Assembly (NCBI GenBank): GCA_007378955.1
Contig: VMGY01000005.1
Span: 1-56,302 of the forward strand
Direction: 5' to 3'
DNA length: 56,302 nucleotides
From: Parcubacteria group bacterium Athens0714_12
Lineage (GTDB): Bacteria; Patescibacteriota; Patescibacteriia; UBA2591; VMGY01
Made by a program: the position numbers and the translations under genes. Numbering within the stretch: the stretch's first letter is position 1; each line of letters starts with the position of its first letter. Below the pieces are notes generated by a model, which was given only the letters and a program-made list of their open reading frames with translations, did no database searches and was not told where the DNA came from. Shown in pieces: positions 37,601 through 46,395 of this stretch.

Positions 37601-37872
37601 ACTATATTTTTCGGCAAAAGTTCAATCACGACTTCATTGCAAAAACCGGCCAACGCCTCATCAACCGCATTATCCAAACATTCCCAAATCAAATGATGCA
37701 ATCCTTGGCTGCCTGTATTGCCGATATACATCGCCGGCCTTTTTCTGACTGGCGCCAAACCTTCTAAAACAGTGATATGCTTCGCTTTATAATCATCAGA
37801 TGTTTTGCTCATTTTTTCTTTTAAGGTAGATTCATCTTCGCCTGAATTAGAATTTTTTATTTTATTTGCCAT
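34603..37872 (-). CDS. gyrB: DNA gyrase subunit B interrupted by a 434-aa intein
   Basis: GHKL ATPase N-terminus ([15 protein letters not shown]). Toprim EGDSAGG | intein | [24 protein letters not shown]. Without the intein the protein would be ~655 aa. Confidence 0.9.
   Translation of the reverse strand: [1089 protein letters not shown]
35212..36513 (-). mobile_element. Intein within gyrB (HINT domain with splicing blocks A, B, F and G; no LAGLIDADG or HNH endonuclease module)
   Basis: It begins [13 protein letters not shown] (Cys1), has block B ...CTLDHKF, and ends ...[22 protein letters not shown] followed by Ser+1. The ~300-aa central insert is a Lys/Glu/Gln-rich repeat ([12 protein letters not shown] / [12 protein letters not shown] / [12 protein letters not shown]). 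Confidence 0.8.
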
Positions 37873-38015
37873 ATTCTATATTTTACTAAAAAATTGGGAT
37901 TTGGTCAATAATAAAAAAAACGGGGTTGTTTTCCGCTGGTTTAAAATTTATCATTTATTATTCTTCCTATCTTATTTTCAATATTATTCTTGCTCTTCTT
38001 AATTTTTGTAAAAAA

Positions 38016-40817
38016 TCATCCTCTTAATTTTGCTTTAAACTCTTCATCTAAACTATTTAAAATTTTCTTGATTTCTTGCTCCGCTTCTTCGGCTTTTAAT
38101 GTCTTTTCCCGAGATTGAAAAACCAAATGAAAGGCCAGGCTTTTTTTATCTTTTCCCAATTTTTCGCTTTCAAAAATATCAAAAAGCTCTATTTCTTGAA
38201 TTAAGGGCGATTGCCTTTTTATTGTTTTTAAAACCTCTTGATAAGGAATATTTTTATCTAAAACAAAAGCCAAATCCCTGATTACGGATGGATAATGCGC
38301 TATTTTTTGATAAATCTTTTTTTCTTGGCTTAATTCAATTAATTTTTCAAAATCCAATTCAAAAACAGCGCTGTTTTGATTGATTTCCATGTCGCCGATT
38401 TTTTTCCCGCTTATTTTTATTTCTATCAATTTTTTATTTTTTTTACAATCCAAACTTTCTGCCGCGATGGATATTTTTTCCATTAAATTTTCCAAAACGC
38501 CTTTTAAATATCTGAATATTTTCTCCGGCGGAAAATTATTTTCCTTAAAAGCGATCGCAACGGCGATCTTTTTTCTTTCTTCCGGCAATTCTTTATTGCT
38601 TGGCAAAAAAATATTTCCGATTTCAAAAACTTTGACTTTTTTAAAAAATTTCAAATTTTTCTCTAAATTTTCTTTTATTCTCGCTTTCAAGCTGGTTCTT
38701 AAAAATTCTTGTTCGGGATTTAAAGGATTGATAATCCGCAAATGCTTTTCCATATTTTCAGAGTTTTTTAAGCCATAAAAAGAATAATTATAAACTTCAT
38801 CAAAGCCAAAAGCAACTAAACTGTCTTTTATTTTATTTTCCAAAGCCAAACGTTTCGGCAATACAGACGGTCTCAATTCCGCCTTTAAAAAAGTGGGGCT
38901 CATTTTGTTATAGCCATAAATTCTGCCTATTTCTTCCACTAAATCTTCTTTGATTTTTATATCCTCCCGCCAAGAAGGGATAACCGCTAAAAAATAATCA
39001 TCTTCAATCCCGATGATTCTTTTCGCGATAACCCATTTCCTTTCCTTTAAAAAATCATTTATTTTTTCTTCTACCACTTTGCCCTCTTTTTTGCCGGCAT
39101 AAATCACTTTATTTTTTCCCGCGCATAAAGCCACGTGGTCAAGTCCTTGGGGAAAATTAAAACTATAATGAACATTGCCCTTTCCTTTAACAAAAATTAA
39201 ATCGCATTTTTGCAAATCAGCTCTTTTTATTTCTTTGCCGATTTCAGCTTGAGCTTCCGAACAGCGAGGAATAATAATGCCTGTTTTTTTATAAAGATAT
39301 TGGACAAAAGAAGAGCAGTCAAAATATTTCGGCGCTTCATTTTCTTTGGCGCCCAATTTATACGGCCTGCCGATTAATTTTTTCGCCTCTTCCGTTATTT
39401 GCTCCTGAATTTCAAATTTTTCCTTATCTGCCTGATAATTATATTCGCCGACTTTCAAGCCCAATGACAAAAATATTTTTTTGATTTTTTCTTTGCTGAT
39501 TTCTACGCCCAATAAATTACTGATAAAATTCGATTTTATTTTAATCGTTTTTCTTAAATAGATTGGATTTTTTGTGATTCTGATTATTTCTTTAACTTCC
39601 TTGCCTTGAGCTAATTTTTTAATTAACTCTATCGCTCTTTCTAAAGCTATTTCCGTAATATTCCAATCAATTCCTCTTTCAAATCTGATTGAACTCTCGG
39701 AACGAAGGCCTAATTTTTTAGAAGTTCGGCGGATGGAAGCCGGATTAAATTGGGCTGATTCTAAAATAATTTCTGTCGTCTTATCAGAAATCTCGCTTTC
39801 TTTTCCGCCCATCACTCCCGCCACGGCAACCGGTTTTTCAGCATTGGCAATCACCAGCATTTCTTTGTCTAATTCTCTTTCTTTATCATCAATAGTGATA
39901 ATTTTTTCTTCCTTTTTAGCCGGTCTAATAATTATAATTTTTTTATTTGTATTATTTGTATTATTTGTATTAATTCGTATATTAGCATCGATTTTTCCAA
40001 AATCAAAAGCGTGAAGCGGCTGGCCTAATTCCAATAAAATATAATTGGTAATATCTACGATATTATTAATCGCCTTAATGCCGCTATTTCTCAATCGCGA
40101 TTTTATCCATTCCGGCGATTCTTTGACTTTTACCCCTTTTATTACCGCGGCCGTATATTTAGGGCATAATTTAAAATCTTTTACTTTCACTTCCAATTCT
40201 TCTATTTTAGAATTTAAAAAATTCTTATTTTCTTCTTTTAGTTGTAAGTTGTGAGTTGTAAGTTGTGAGTTATTCATCGCCGCCACTTCCCTCGCTAATC
40301 CTAAAACAGAAAGACAATCCCCTCGGTTGGGCGTAATATCAATGTTAAAAATTACATCGTCCAAACCCAAGATTTTTTTTATATCATCGGTAATTTTTGT
40401 TTCCGGATTTAAAATATAAATACCGGCATGGCCTTCGCCAATGCCTAATTCATCTTCAGCGCAAAGCATTCCTTCTGAAATCACTTCTCTGATTTTACTT
40501 TTTTTAATAATCATCCCATTGGGCAAAACCGCGCCCGCCAAAGCCAAAGGAACTTTCTGGCCTTTCTTAATATTATCCGCGCCGCAAACTACTTTTTTTA
40601 TTCCTTCTTTGGTCTTTACTTTAACTAATCGCAATCTATCGGCGTGGGGATGTTTTTCAATTTCTAAAATTTCGCCGATTAAAATATTATTTATTTTTTC
40701 GCCCATTTTTTCTATTTTTTCCACCTCAAAGCCGGCCAACGTTAATTTTTCCGCCAATTCCTCCGGCGAAATATTGATTTTTACAAATTCTCTCAACCAA
40801 TTAAAAGATAATTTCAT
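38016..40817 (-). CDS. pheT: Phenylalanine--tRNA ligase beta subunit carrying an inserted NlpC/P60-like domain
   Basis: N-terminal tRNA-binding domain (HPHADRLRLVKVK...VVCGA); B3/4 and B5 regions; C-terminal FDX-ACB. An insert of about residues 462-608 lies between ...LGLKVGEYNY and LAVIPSWREDI. Confidence 0.9.
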   Translation of the reverse strand: MKLSFNWLREFVKINISPEELAEKLTLAGFEVEKIEKMGEKINNILIGEILEIEKHPHADRLRLVKVKTKEGIKKVVCGADNIKKGQKVPLALAGAVLPNGMIIKKSKIREVISEGMLCAEDELGIGEGHAGIYILNPETKITDDIKKILGLDDVIFNIDITPNRGDCLSVLGLAREVAAMNNSQLTTHNLQLKEENKNFLNSKIEELEVKVKDFKLCPKYTAAVIKGVKVKESPEWIKSRLRNSGIKAINNIVDITNYILLELGQPLHAFDFGKIDANIRINTNNTNNTNKKIIIIRPAKKEEKIITIDDKERELDKEMLVIANAEKPVAVAGVMGGKESEISDKTTEIILESAQFNPASIRRTSKKLGLRSESSIRFERGIDWNITEIALERAIELIKKLAQGKEVKEIIRITKNPIYLRKTIKIKSNFISNLLGVEISKEKIKKIFLSLGLKVGEYNYQADKEKFEIQEQITEEAKKLIGRPYKLGAKENEAPKYFDCSSFVQYLYKKTGIIIPRCSEAQAEIGKEIKRADLQKCDLIFVKGKGNVHYSFNFPQGLDHVALCAGKNKVIYAGKKEGKVVEEKINDFLKERKWVIAKRIIGIEDDYFLAVIPSWREDIKIKEDLVEEIGRIYGYNKMSPTFLKAELRPSVLPKRLALENKIKDSLVAFGFDEVYNYSFYGLKNSENMEKHLRIINPLNPEQEFLRTSLKARIKENLEKNLKFFKKVKVFEIGNIFLPSNKELPEERKKIAVAIAFKENNFPPEKIFRYLKGVLENLMEKISIAAESLDCKKNKKLIEIKISGKKIGDMEINQNSAVFELDFEKLIELSQEKKIYQKIAHYPSVIRDLAFVLDKNIPYQEVLKTIKRQSPLIQEIELFDIFESEKLGKDKKSLAFHLVFQSREKTLKAEEAEQEIKKILNSLDEEFKAKLRG
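38994..39434 (-). other. NlpC/P60-like cysteine peptidase/amidase domain embedded in PheT
   Basis: GRPYKLGAKENEAPKYFDCSSFVQYLYKKTGIIIPRCSEAQ...DLIFV...LDHVALCAG matches the NlpC/P60 consensus (G.PY.wGG....FDCSG.V.Y......LPR.s..Q; catalytic Cys then His). Confidence 0.6.
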
Positions 40818-40836
40818 ATAAATTTAAACAAATAAA

Positions 40837-41919
40837 TCAAAACTGCTTAATAAATCTTAAATCGCCTGAATATGACAATCTAATATCATTAACTCCATAA
40901 TATAGCATCATTAATCTGTCCACGCCCATGCCAAAAGCAAAACCGGAATATTTATTCGGGTCAATTTTCATATTTTTTAAAACCGCGGGATGAACCATTC
41001 CCGCCCCCAAAGTTTCTATCCAGCCATCGCCGCCGCAAAAACCGCAACCCTTGCCGCAACATATCAAGCAGGTCATATCCACTTCAATGCTTGGCTCGGT
41101 AAAAGGAAAAAAATTTGGCCTGACTCTGATTTTAGCGCTTTCTCCAAAAATTGTTTTAACAAAATATTGTAAGGTACCGATTAAATCAGTCATTTTTATA
41201 TTTTCGCCGATAACCAATCCTTCTAATTGGTGAAAGGTTGTTTCATGGCCGGCGTCTGTCGCTTCATGCCTGAAAACTCTGCCCGGCATTATCAGCCTTA
41301 CCGGCGGCTTCCTTTTTTCCATTGCCCTTAATTGCACGGGCGATGTATGGGTTCTCAATAAAAGTTTATTTTTTGAATTTTGTTCCGAATCCCCTGACCC
41401 TAAATCAAGTTCAGGGGATTCAGGGCTATTGCCGGACTTTATATAAAATGTATCCCATAAATCGCGCGAGGGATGTTCTTTGGGAATATTTAACAAGTCA
41501 AAATTATATTCTTCGGTTTCTGCTTCCGGACCATCAACTATTTCAAATCCCATGGAAACAAAAACATCTGTTATTTTGCGCGTAAATTGAGTCAGGGGAT
41601 GCAAATGGCCGATTTCTATTTTCTCCCCCGGCAAAGTAATGTCAAAATTTTCTTCCAAGGCCTCTGCTTTTATTTTTAATTCCTGAATCTTTTTTTTTGC
41701 TTCTGATTCTATTCTTAATTTTACTTCATTGGCCAGCTTGCCGATTATTTTTTTTTCTTCCAATGATAAATTTTTTAAATTTTTTAAAATTTTGGTCAGC
41801 TCCCCTTCTTTCCTGCCTAAATATTTTTTCTGAATTTTTTCCAATAAATCAAAATTAGAAACATTTTTGATTTCTTCCATGGCTTTGTCTTTAATTTTAT
41901 TTAAAGAATCTTTAATCAT
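40837..41919 (-). CDS. pheS: Phenylalanine--tRNA ligase alpha subunit
   Basis: ...HPSRDLWDTFYI...LLRTHTSPVQLRAME...FRHEATDAGHETTFHQLEGLVIG...GWIETLGAGMVHP. Confidence 0.9.
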   Translation of the reverse strand: MIKDSLNKIKDKAMEEIKNVSNFDLLEKIQKKYLGRKEGELTKILKNLKNLSLEEKKIIGKLANEVKLRIESEAKKKIQELKIKAEALEENFDITLPGEKIEIGHLHPLTQFTRKITDVFVSMGFEIVDGPEAETEEYNFDLLNIPKEHPSRDLWDTFYIKSGNSPESPELDLGSGDSEQNSKNKLLLRTHTSPVQLRAMEKRKPPVRLIMPGRVFRHEATDAGHETTFHQLEGLVIGENIKMTDLIGTLQYFVKTIFGESAKIRVRPNFFPFTEPSIEVDMTCLICCGKGCGFCGGDGWIETLGAGMVHPAVLKNMKIDPNKYSGFAFGMGVDRLMMLYYGVNDIRLSYSGDLRFIKQF

Positions 41920-42317
41920 TTTTCATCCTCGTTCTTTTTTACTTTCTTCCTTCTTTCTATTAGAAAGAAAAATTCTAAAAAAGCTAAAAATAAAATAAAA
42001 AAAGTGATATTCCACCATCTAAGCAAGCGCAAGCTCTGCAAAACAAGGAAAAAAATAATTAAAGAAGAAAGCCAAATGGCTTGGCGAAAGCACACGATAA
42101 CTTGCTTAAAAATCAAATCTTTGGAAAAACGGGCTCTGATAATAAAACCGGCTAAAGATAAAATTCCCAATAAAGCAAGAAAAAAACCAAAATAAAACAA
42201 TAAAAATCCGTAAAAATTCGTTATTTCCGGGTCAAGGTTATAAATAATAACGCCAAAACAAACCCAGCAAACCAAAGTGATTAAACTAATTAAAGAAAGA
42301 TATTTTTTTAGAGTCAT
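41916..42317 (-). CDS. Hypothetical small membrane protein with 4 predicted TM segments
   Basis: Hydrophobic segments; it overlaps the pheS start by 4 nt. Confidence 0.4.
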   Translation of the reverse strand: MTLKKYLSLISLITLVCWVCFGVIIYNLDPEITNFYGFLLFYFGFFLALLGILSLAGFIIRARFSKDLIFKQVIVCFRQAIWLSSLIIFFLVLQSLRLLRWWNITFFILFLAFLEFFFLIERRKKVKKNEDEK

Positions 42318-42406
42318 TTTTATAATATTTTATTTCTATTTCATTATATCCAATGAACTTCTTTTTATCAACCTTATTTTCTATTTTACGGCTATTTGTC
42401 CTTATT

Positions 42407-45400
42407 CTACATCGCTCGATATTCGCAAATTTCTTTAAAATCGCAAAATTTGCATTTTTGAATATTCGGCGCCGCGTGAAAATCGCTTTTCTGGATTTCT
42501 TCTATTATTTTCATAATCTTATTTTTTATCTCTGCCAATTCCCCGCCAGTTCCCAGAAAAGAAAATGGCTTATTCGCTTCCAGATAATAAAAAGTTAATT
42601 TCCCCACTTTTTCCCTGAAAATTTCTTGCCCGGCCAATTGATAAATCAAAAGCTGCTCTTTATTTTCTAAAGTCAAATTTGTTTTAGGGGCGCTGCCGGT
42701 TTTATAATCAATAATTTCCAATTTATTATTTTCTATTTCATCAACTCTGTCCATCGCGCCTTTGATTGTATATTGCCCCAATTTAAAACTAAAAGGAATT
42801 TCCAAAAATCTTGGCTTGGGCATTTTTTTCTCCAGTTCCTTATAAAAATTTTTTAATATCTCTTTGCCTTTATTTTTATAATCCTCTTGATGTTTTTTAT
42901 TGTCATACCAATCATCTATCCAGCGCCTTTCATAAATTTCCAAAAGTTCCTTTAAGGAAGGTAATTTTATTTCATCGCCTTTTTTATTTAAAGGCGTGTC
43001 TTTGGCGAAAGAAGGCATCAGCTCCTGCTGGACGCCTTTGGTTAATAGCTTTTGGAAAAAATTTGACAAAGCGCTATGCATCGCCTTGCCAAAACTAAAA
43101 GTAAATCTGCCTTTCACGGGCACGCGTAAAATATGAGCGAATTTATATTGCAAAGGGCAGGTTTCAAAAGCTTTAATCTGGGTGAAGCTGAATCTTTTTG
43201 GCAAGGGATATTGGAAAGCAAAAGATATTTTATCTTTTGCCCTGAATTTTTCCGCGAAATCCAATGCTTTGGAATTTTTCTTATCTTCTGCCGCAAATCC
43301 CAATTCCTGCAAAAATCTGGAAATTTTCTTTTTTCTTAATCCTCCATAATCCTCGGCTGAAGTAAAAAATAATCCCTCCTTGGCTCTGGTCATCGCCACA
43401 TAAAACAACCTTCTCTCTTCTTGAAGATGGATGTCGCCGCTCGGCGCAATTTCTTTCACTAAAGCGTCAGGCAGTTCAATCACTTCTTTTCTTTCCGTGG
43501 TAGGAAATTTTCTATCCACTAAATTAACAATAAAAACATATTTGAATTCCAATCCTTTGGCGCTATGCACGGTCATTATTTTTATGCTTTCCGGGCCCGT
43601 TTCTTCAAAATCTTTCTGCAAGCTTCCCTGGTCCCCCATTTCCATCGCCAAGTCTAAACTCTCCCTGAAATCTTTAAGCGACTTGTCTTTATTCAGCCTT
43701 TCATATTCTTCAACTTTTTTAAAAAATTGATTTAAAAAATTAAGATTTTCTAAATTTTCCAAATCTTTTTTCCGTGAAATTATTTTTAAATATCCCGTAT
43801 CTTCCAAAAAAGCGAAAATTACATTAGTGATGTTTTTTTCTTTAGCCAACAGGGTATGTTTTTCAATCCAAAACAAAAGCTTATTAATCTCTTTCAGCGC
43901 CTCCGCTGAAATATCTTTTAAGGCGGAGGAATTCTTTAAAGTTTCATAAAGCGACCAGTTTTTGCGGTTTGCCCAATAATTTAAAAGGGAGATATTTTCT
44001 TGGTTTAAATTTAAAATGGGCGAATTTAAAATTCGGTATAAGGCGGAAGATTCGTGGTAATTATCCAATAATCTTAAATAAGCCGTAATATCTAAAATTA
44101 CCGGCTTGCCGTATAATCCACGCGAAGCTAAAAATTGGTAAGGAGCGCCGATTTTGTCCAAAACTTGGCAAAAAATATCAGCTTGATTATTGGCCCTAAC
44201 TAAAATAGCGAAATCATTCCAGCTCGCCGAAGAGCTGTCTTTCAACTCTTCTGGCAGTCTTTCTTTAACCGGCTTGGAGCCAATTTTTTTTACTCCTTGT
44301 TTTTTTAATTCTAAAATTTTTTCCGCTATCTTTCTGGCTTCTTCTTCCTGCGTTTGGCAATGCAGATGCGCGATCACGCCCACGCCTTTATTTTGGGCGT
44401 TTAACTTTTTTGTTACTTTGCCGGCCAATTGAACTTCCAAACGATTGGGATTATTGAGCTGGATAAATTTATAGCTCAAATCCAAAATATCCTGGAATGA
44501 GCGGTAATTTTTATTAATCACAATATCCTTGCTTTGAGGAAAGTCTTTTTTGAATTGCAAAACATTACTTACCGAAGCGCCCCTGAATTTATAAATGCTT
44601 TGGTCATCGTCAAAGCAGACGGCTAAATTATTTTTCGGACTGGCTAAAAGTTTAATTAATTCATACTGGGCGTAATTAGTGTCCTGAAATTCATCCACTA
44701 AAATATACTTGAATTGTTTTCTGAATTTTTCCAAAACCAAAGGCCTTTTTTTAAATAATTGCAAGGTGTAATTTATTAAATCGCCGAAATCCAAGGCGTT
44801 GTTTTCTAAAAGTATCTGCTGATAAGTATGATAAGCATTAGCGATTTCTTCTAATCGCCTTACTTCTTCATTGAGAAGCTCATCGCTTTGCTTGCTGTCC
44901 AAGTCAAGTTTCCTGCTCTTGGCGTAATTCAAATATTCTTCAGGAGAAATCACCTCATCTTTCGCGCGGCTGAAATGCTTGACTAAAGCTTGAATAAATT
45001 TATCGGGATTGCCTAATGGCCGATAATAATCCAAATTAAATTTTTCAAAATTCTCCCTAATTAATAATGACTGTTCGGTCTGGCTTAATAATTTAAAATC
45101 GCCGGGCAAACCGATTTCCAAAGCGTAATCTTTTAAAACTCTTTCACAAAAAGAATGGAAAGTGGAAATCCATAAATCCGCGTAGCCATAAGGCAAAAGC
45201 TGGTCTATCCTTATTTCCATTTCTTCAGCCGCCTTGTCGGTAAAAGTGACTGCCAAAATTTCTTCCGGCTTGGCCTTTTCGTTTAAAATCAGCCAAGCGA
45301 TTCTTCTGGTAATGACGGTTGTTTTTCCCGTGCCGGCGCCAGCGACAATTAAAAACGGCCCTTCGTCAAAACAAACCGCTTCTCTCTGCTCTTGATTCAA

Positions 45401-45457
45401 ATCTTTTAAAATTTCTTCTTTCACCCCATTATTAGAAATTTCCTGTTTTTGTTGCAT
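42407..45457 (-). CDS. UvrD/PcrA-family SF1 helicase fused to a C-terminal RecB/Cas4-like PD-(D/E)xK nuclease with a 4-Cys cluster
   Basis: N-terminus LNQEQREAVCFDEGPFLIVAGAGTGKTTVITRRIAWLI (UvrD motif I). C-terminus ...CPLQYKF...IIDYKTGS...LLIYQLA...CKFCDFKEIC. Confidence 0.7.
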   Translation of the reverse strand: MQQKQEISNNGVKEEILKDLNQEQREAVCFDEGPFLIVAGAGTGKTTVITRRIAWLILNEKAKPEEILAVTFTDKAAEEMEIRIDQLLPYGYADLWISTFHSFCERVLKDYALEIGLPGDFKLLSQTEQSLLIRENFEKFNLDYYRPLGNPDKFIQALVKHFSRAKDEVISPEEYLNYAKSRKLDLDSKQSDELLNEEVRRLEEIANAYHTYQQILLENNALDFGDLINYTLQLFKKRPLVLEKFRKQFKYILVDEFQDTNYAQYELIKLLASPKNNLAVCFDDDQSIYKFRGASVSNVLQFKKDFPQSKDIVINKNYRSFQDILDLSYKFIQLNNPNRLEVQLAGKVTKKLNAQNKGVGVIAHLHCQTQEEEARKIAEKILELKKQGVKKIGSKPVKERLPEELKDSSSASWNDFAILVRANNQADIFCQVLDKIGAPYQFLASRGLYGKPVILDITAYLRLLDNYHESSALYRILNSPILNLNQENISLLNYWANRKNWSLYETLKNSSALKDISAEALKEINKLLFWIEKHTLLAKEKNITNVIFAFLEDTGYLKIISRKKDLENLENLNFLNQFFKKVEEYERLNKDKSLKDFRESLDLAMEMGDQGSLQKDFEETGPESIKIMTVHSAKGLEFKYVFIVNLVDRKFPTTERKEVIELPDALVKEIAPSGDIHLQEERRLFYVAMTRAKEGLFFTSAEDYGGLRKKKISRFLQELGFAAEDKKNSKALDFAEKFRAKDKISFAFQYPLPKRFSFTQIKAFETCPLQYKFAHILRVPVKGRFTFSFGKAMHSALSNFFQKLLTKGVQQELMPSFAKDTPLNKKGDEIKLPSLKELLEIYERRWIDDWYDNKKHQEDYKNKGKEILKNFYKELEKKMPKPRFLEIPFSFKLGQYTIKGAMDRVDEIENNKLEIIDYKTGSAPKTNLTLENKEQLLIYQLAGQEIFREKVGKLTFYYLEANKPFSFLGTGGELAEIKNKIMKIIEEIQKSDFHAAPNIQKCKFCDFKEICEYRAM

Positions 45458-45612
45458 AATAATTAATTTTATTAATCCCGATAAAAATAATTTAATTTCT
45501 AACGGGGTTCATTTAAAATTATCTTAACACAAAAAAGGATGAGCTGAAAGATTGACAAAAAACGATAATTTTGTTATTCTTTGTATAAATTTAAATGATT
45601 GCTGTTTGAAAA

Positions 45613-46044
45613 ATGAAACCAAAAAAGGAGGGGGAAATGAGCCGAAGTGATACTCTTGATTTATTGAAAAAAGGAAAGATTTCAATGGACCGGCTTCTTG
45701 AAATCGGCGAACGAGACGACAGTGATTGCATAACTTGGGACGTAATTATTGGAAGATTAAAAACACGGCTCCATAAGCTTTCGCTTATCCAAGCGCTAAA
45801 AATCGTCGGCCGAGTTATAGACGCTGACGATTTAAGAATAGTCGTCTACCGGCTTTTGGAAATCGGCAGACGAATTAATGATTCTTGCGCTTGGCAAATA
45901 ATCAAGGGGGCAATAATCCCGCAACTTCCCAATGTTTCATCCGAGCAACTTTTTGAAATTATCGCCGAGCCGATTGATATTTGCGATGAAATTTTAGAAG
46001 AATTAACAAGGAGGAAAAAAAATAAAGAAAAAACGCGGAAATAA
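45613..46044 (+). CDS. Hypothetical protein (143 aa)
   Basis: ORF with an internal duplication (LLEIGERDD / LLEIGRRIND); it is followed by a clear terminator. Confidence 0.4.
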   Translation: MKPKKEGEMSRSDTLDLLKKGKISMDRLLEIGERDDSDCITWDVIIGRLKTRLHKLSLIQALKIVGRVIDADDLRIVVYRLLEIGRRINDSCAWQIIKGAIIPQLPNVSSEQLFEIIAEPIDICDEILEELTRRKKNKEKTRK

Positions 46045-46061
46045 TTCCGCGCTTTTTTATT
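46030..46061 (+). terminator. Rho-independent terminator
   Basis: gcggaaataattccgcgc hairpin followed by ttttttattttt. Confidence 0.65.
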
Positions 46062-46395
46062 TTTAATTCAATTCTAAAATTTAACTTTTGAATCATTAAA
46101 TTTCTTTGAATTACAAAATATAAATGAAGTATGGCAAAACACAAAGTATAGCTGGCGCTATCGGGTAGAAAAAGCGCAAATGCAAGCCAATGAGAGAAAA
46201 AAGAAAGATTTGTTTTAAATCCTTCTCACCCCCAGCCAACCACCTCGCGTTAATTTTTGAAAAAATAAAAAAGGCCTACTCATGCTAAAAAGCATTTTCG
46301 GCCTTGTAATTTTGGGCTGGCGGATAATATTTAATTATCCGCCAGCTTTTTTCTCTTTTTTAGAGGAGTCCTTTCCGGCTTGCCTCCAGAAAAAA

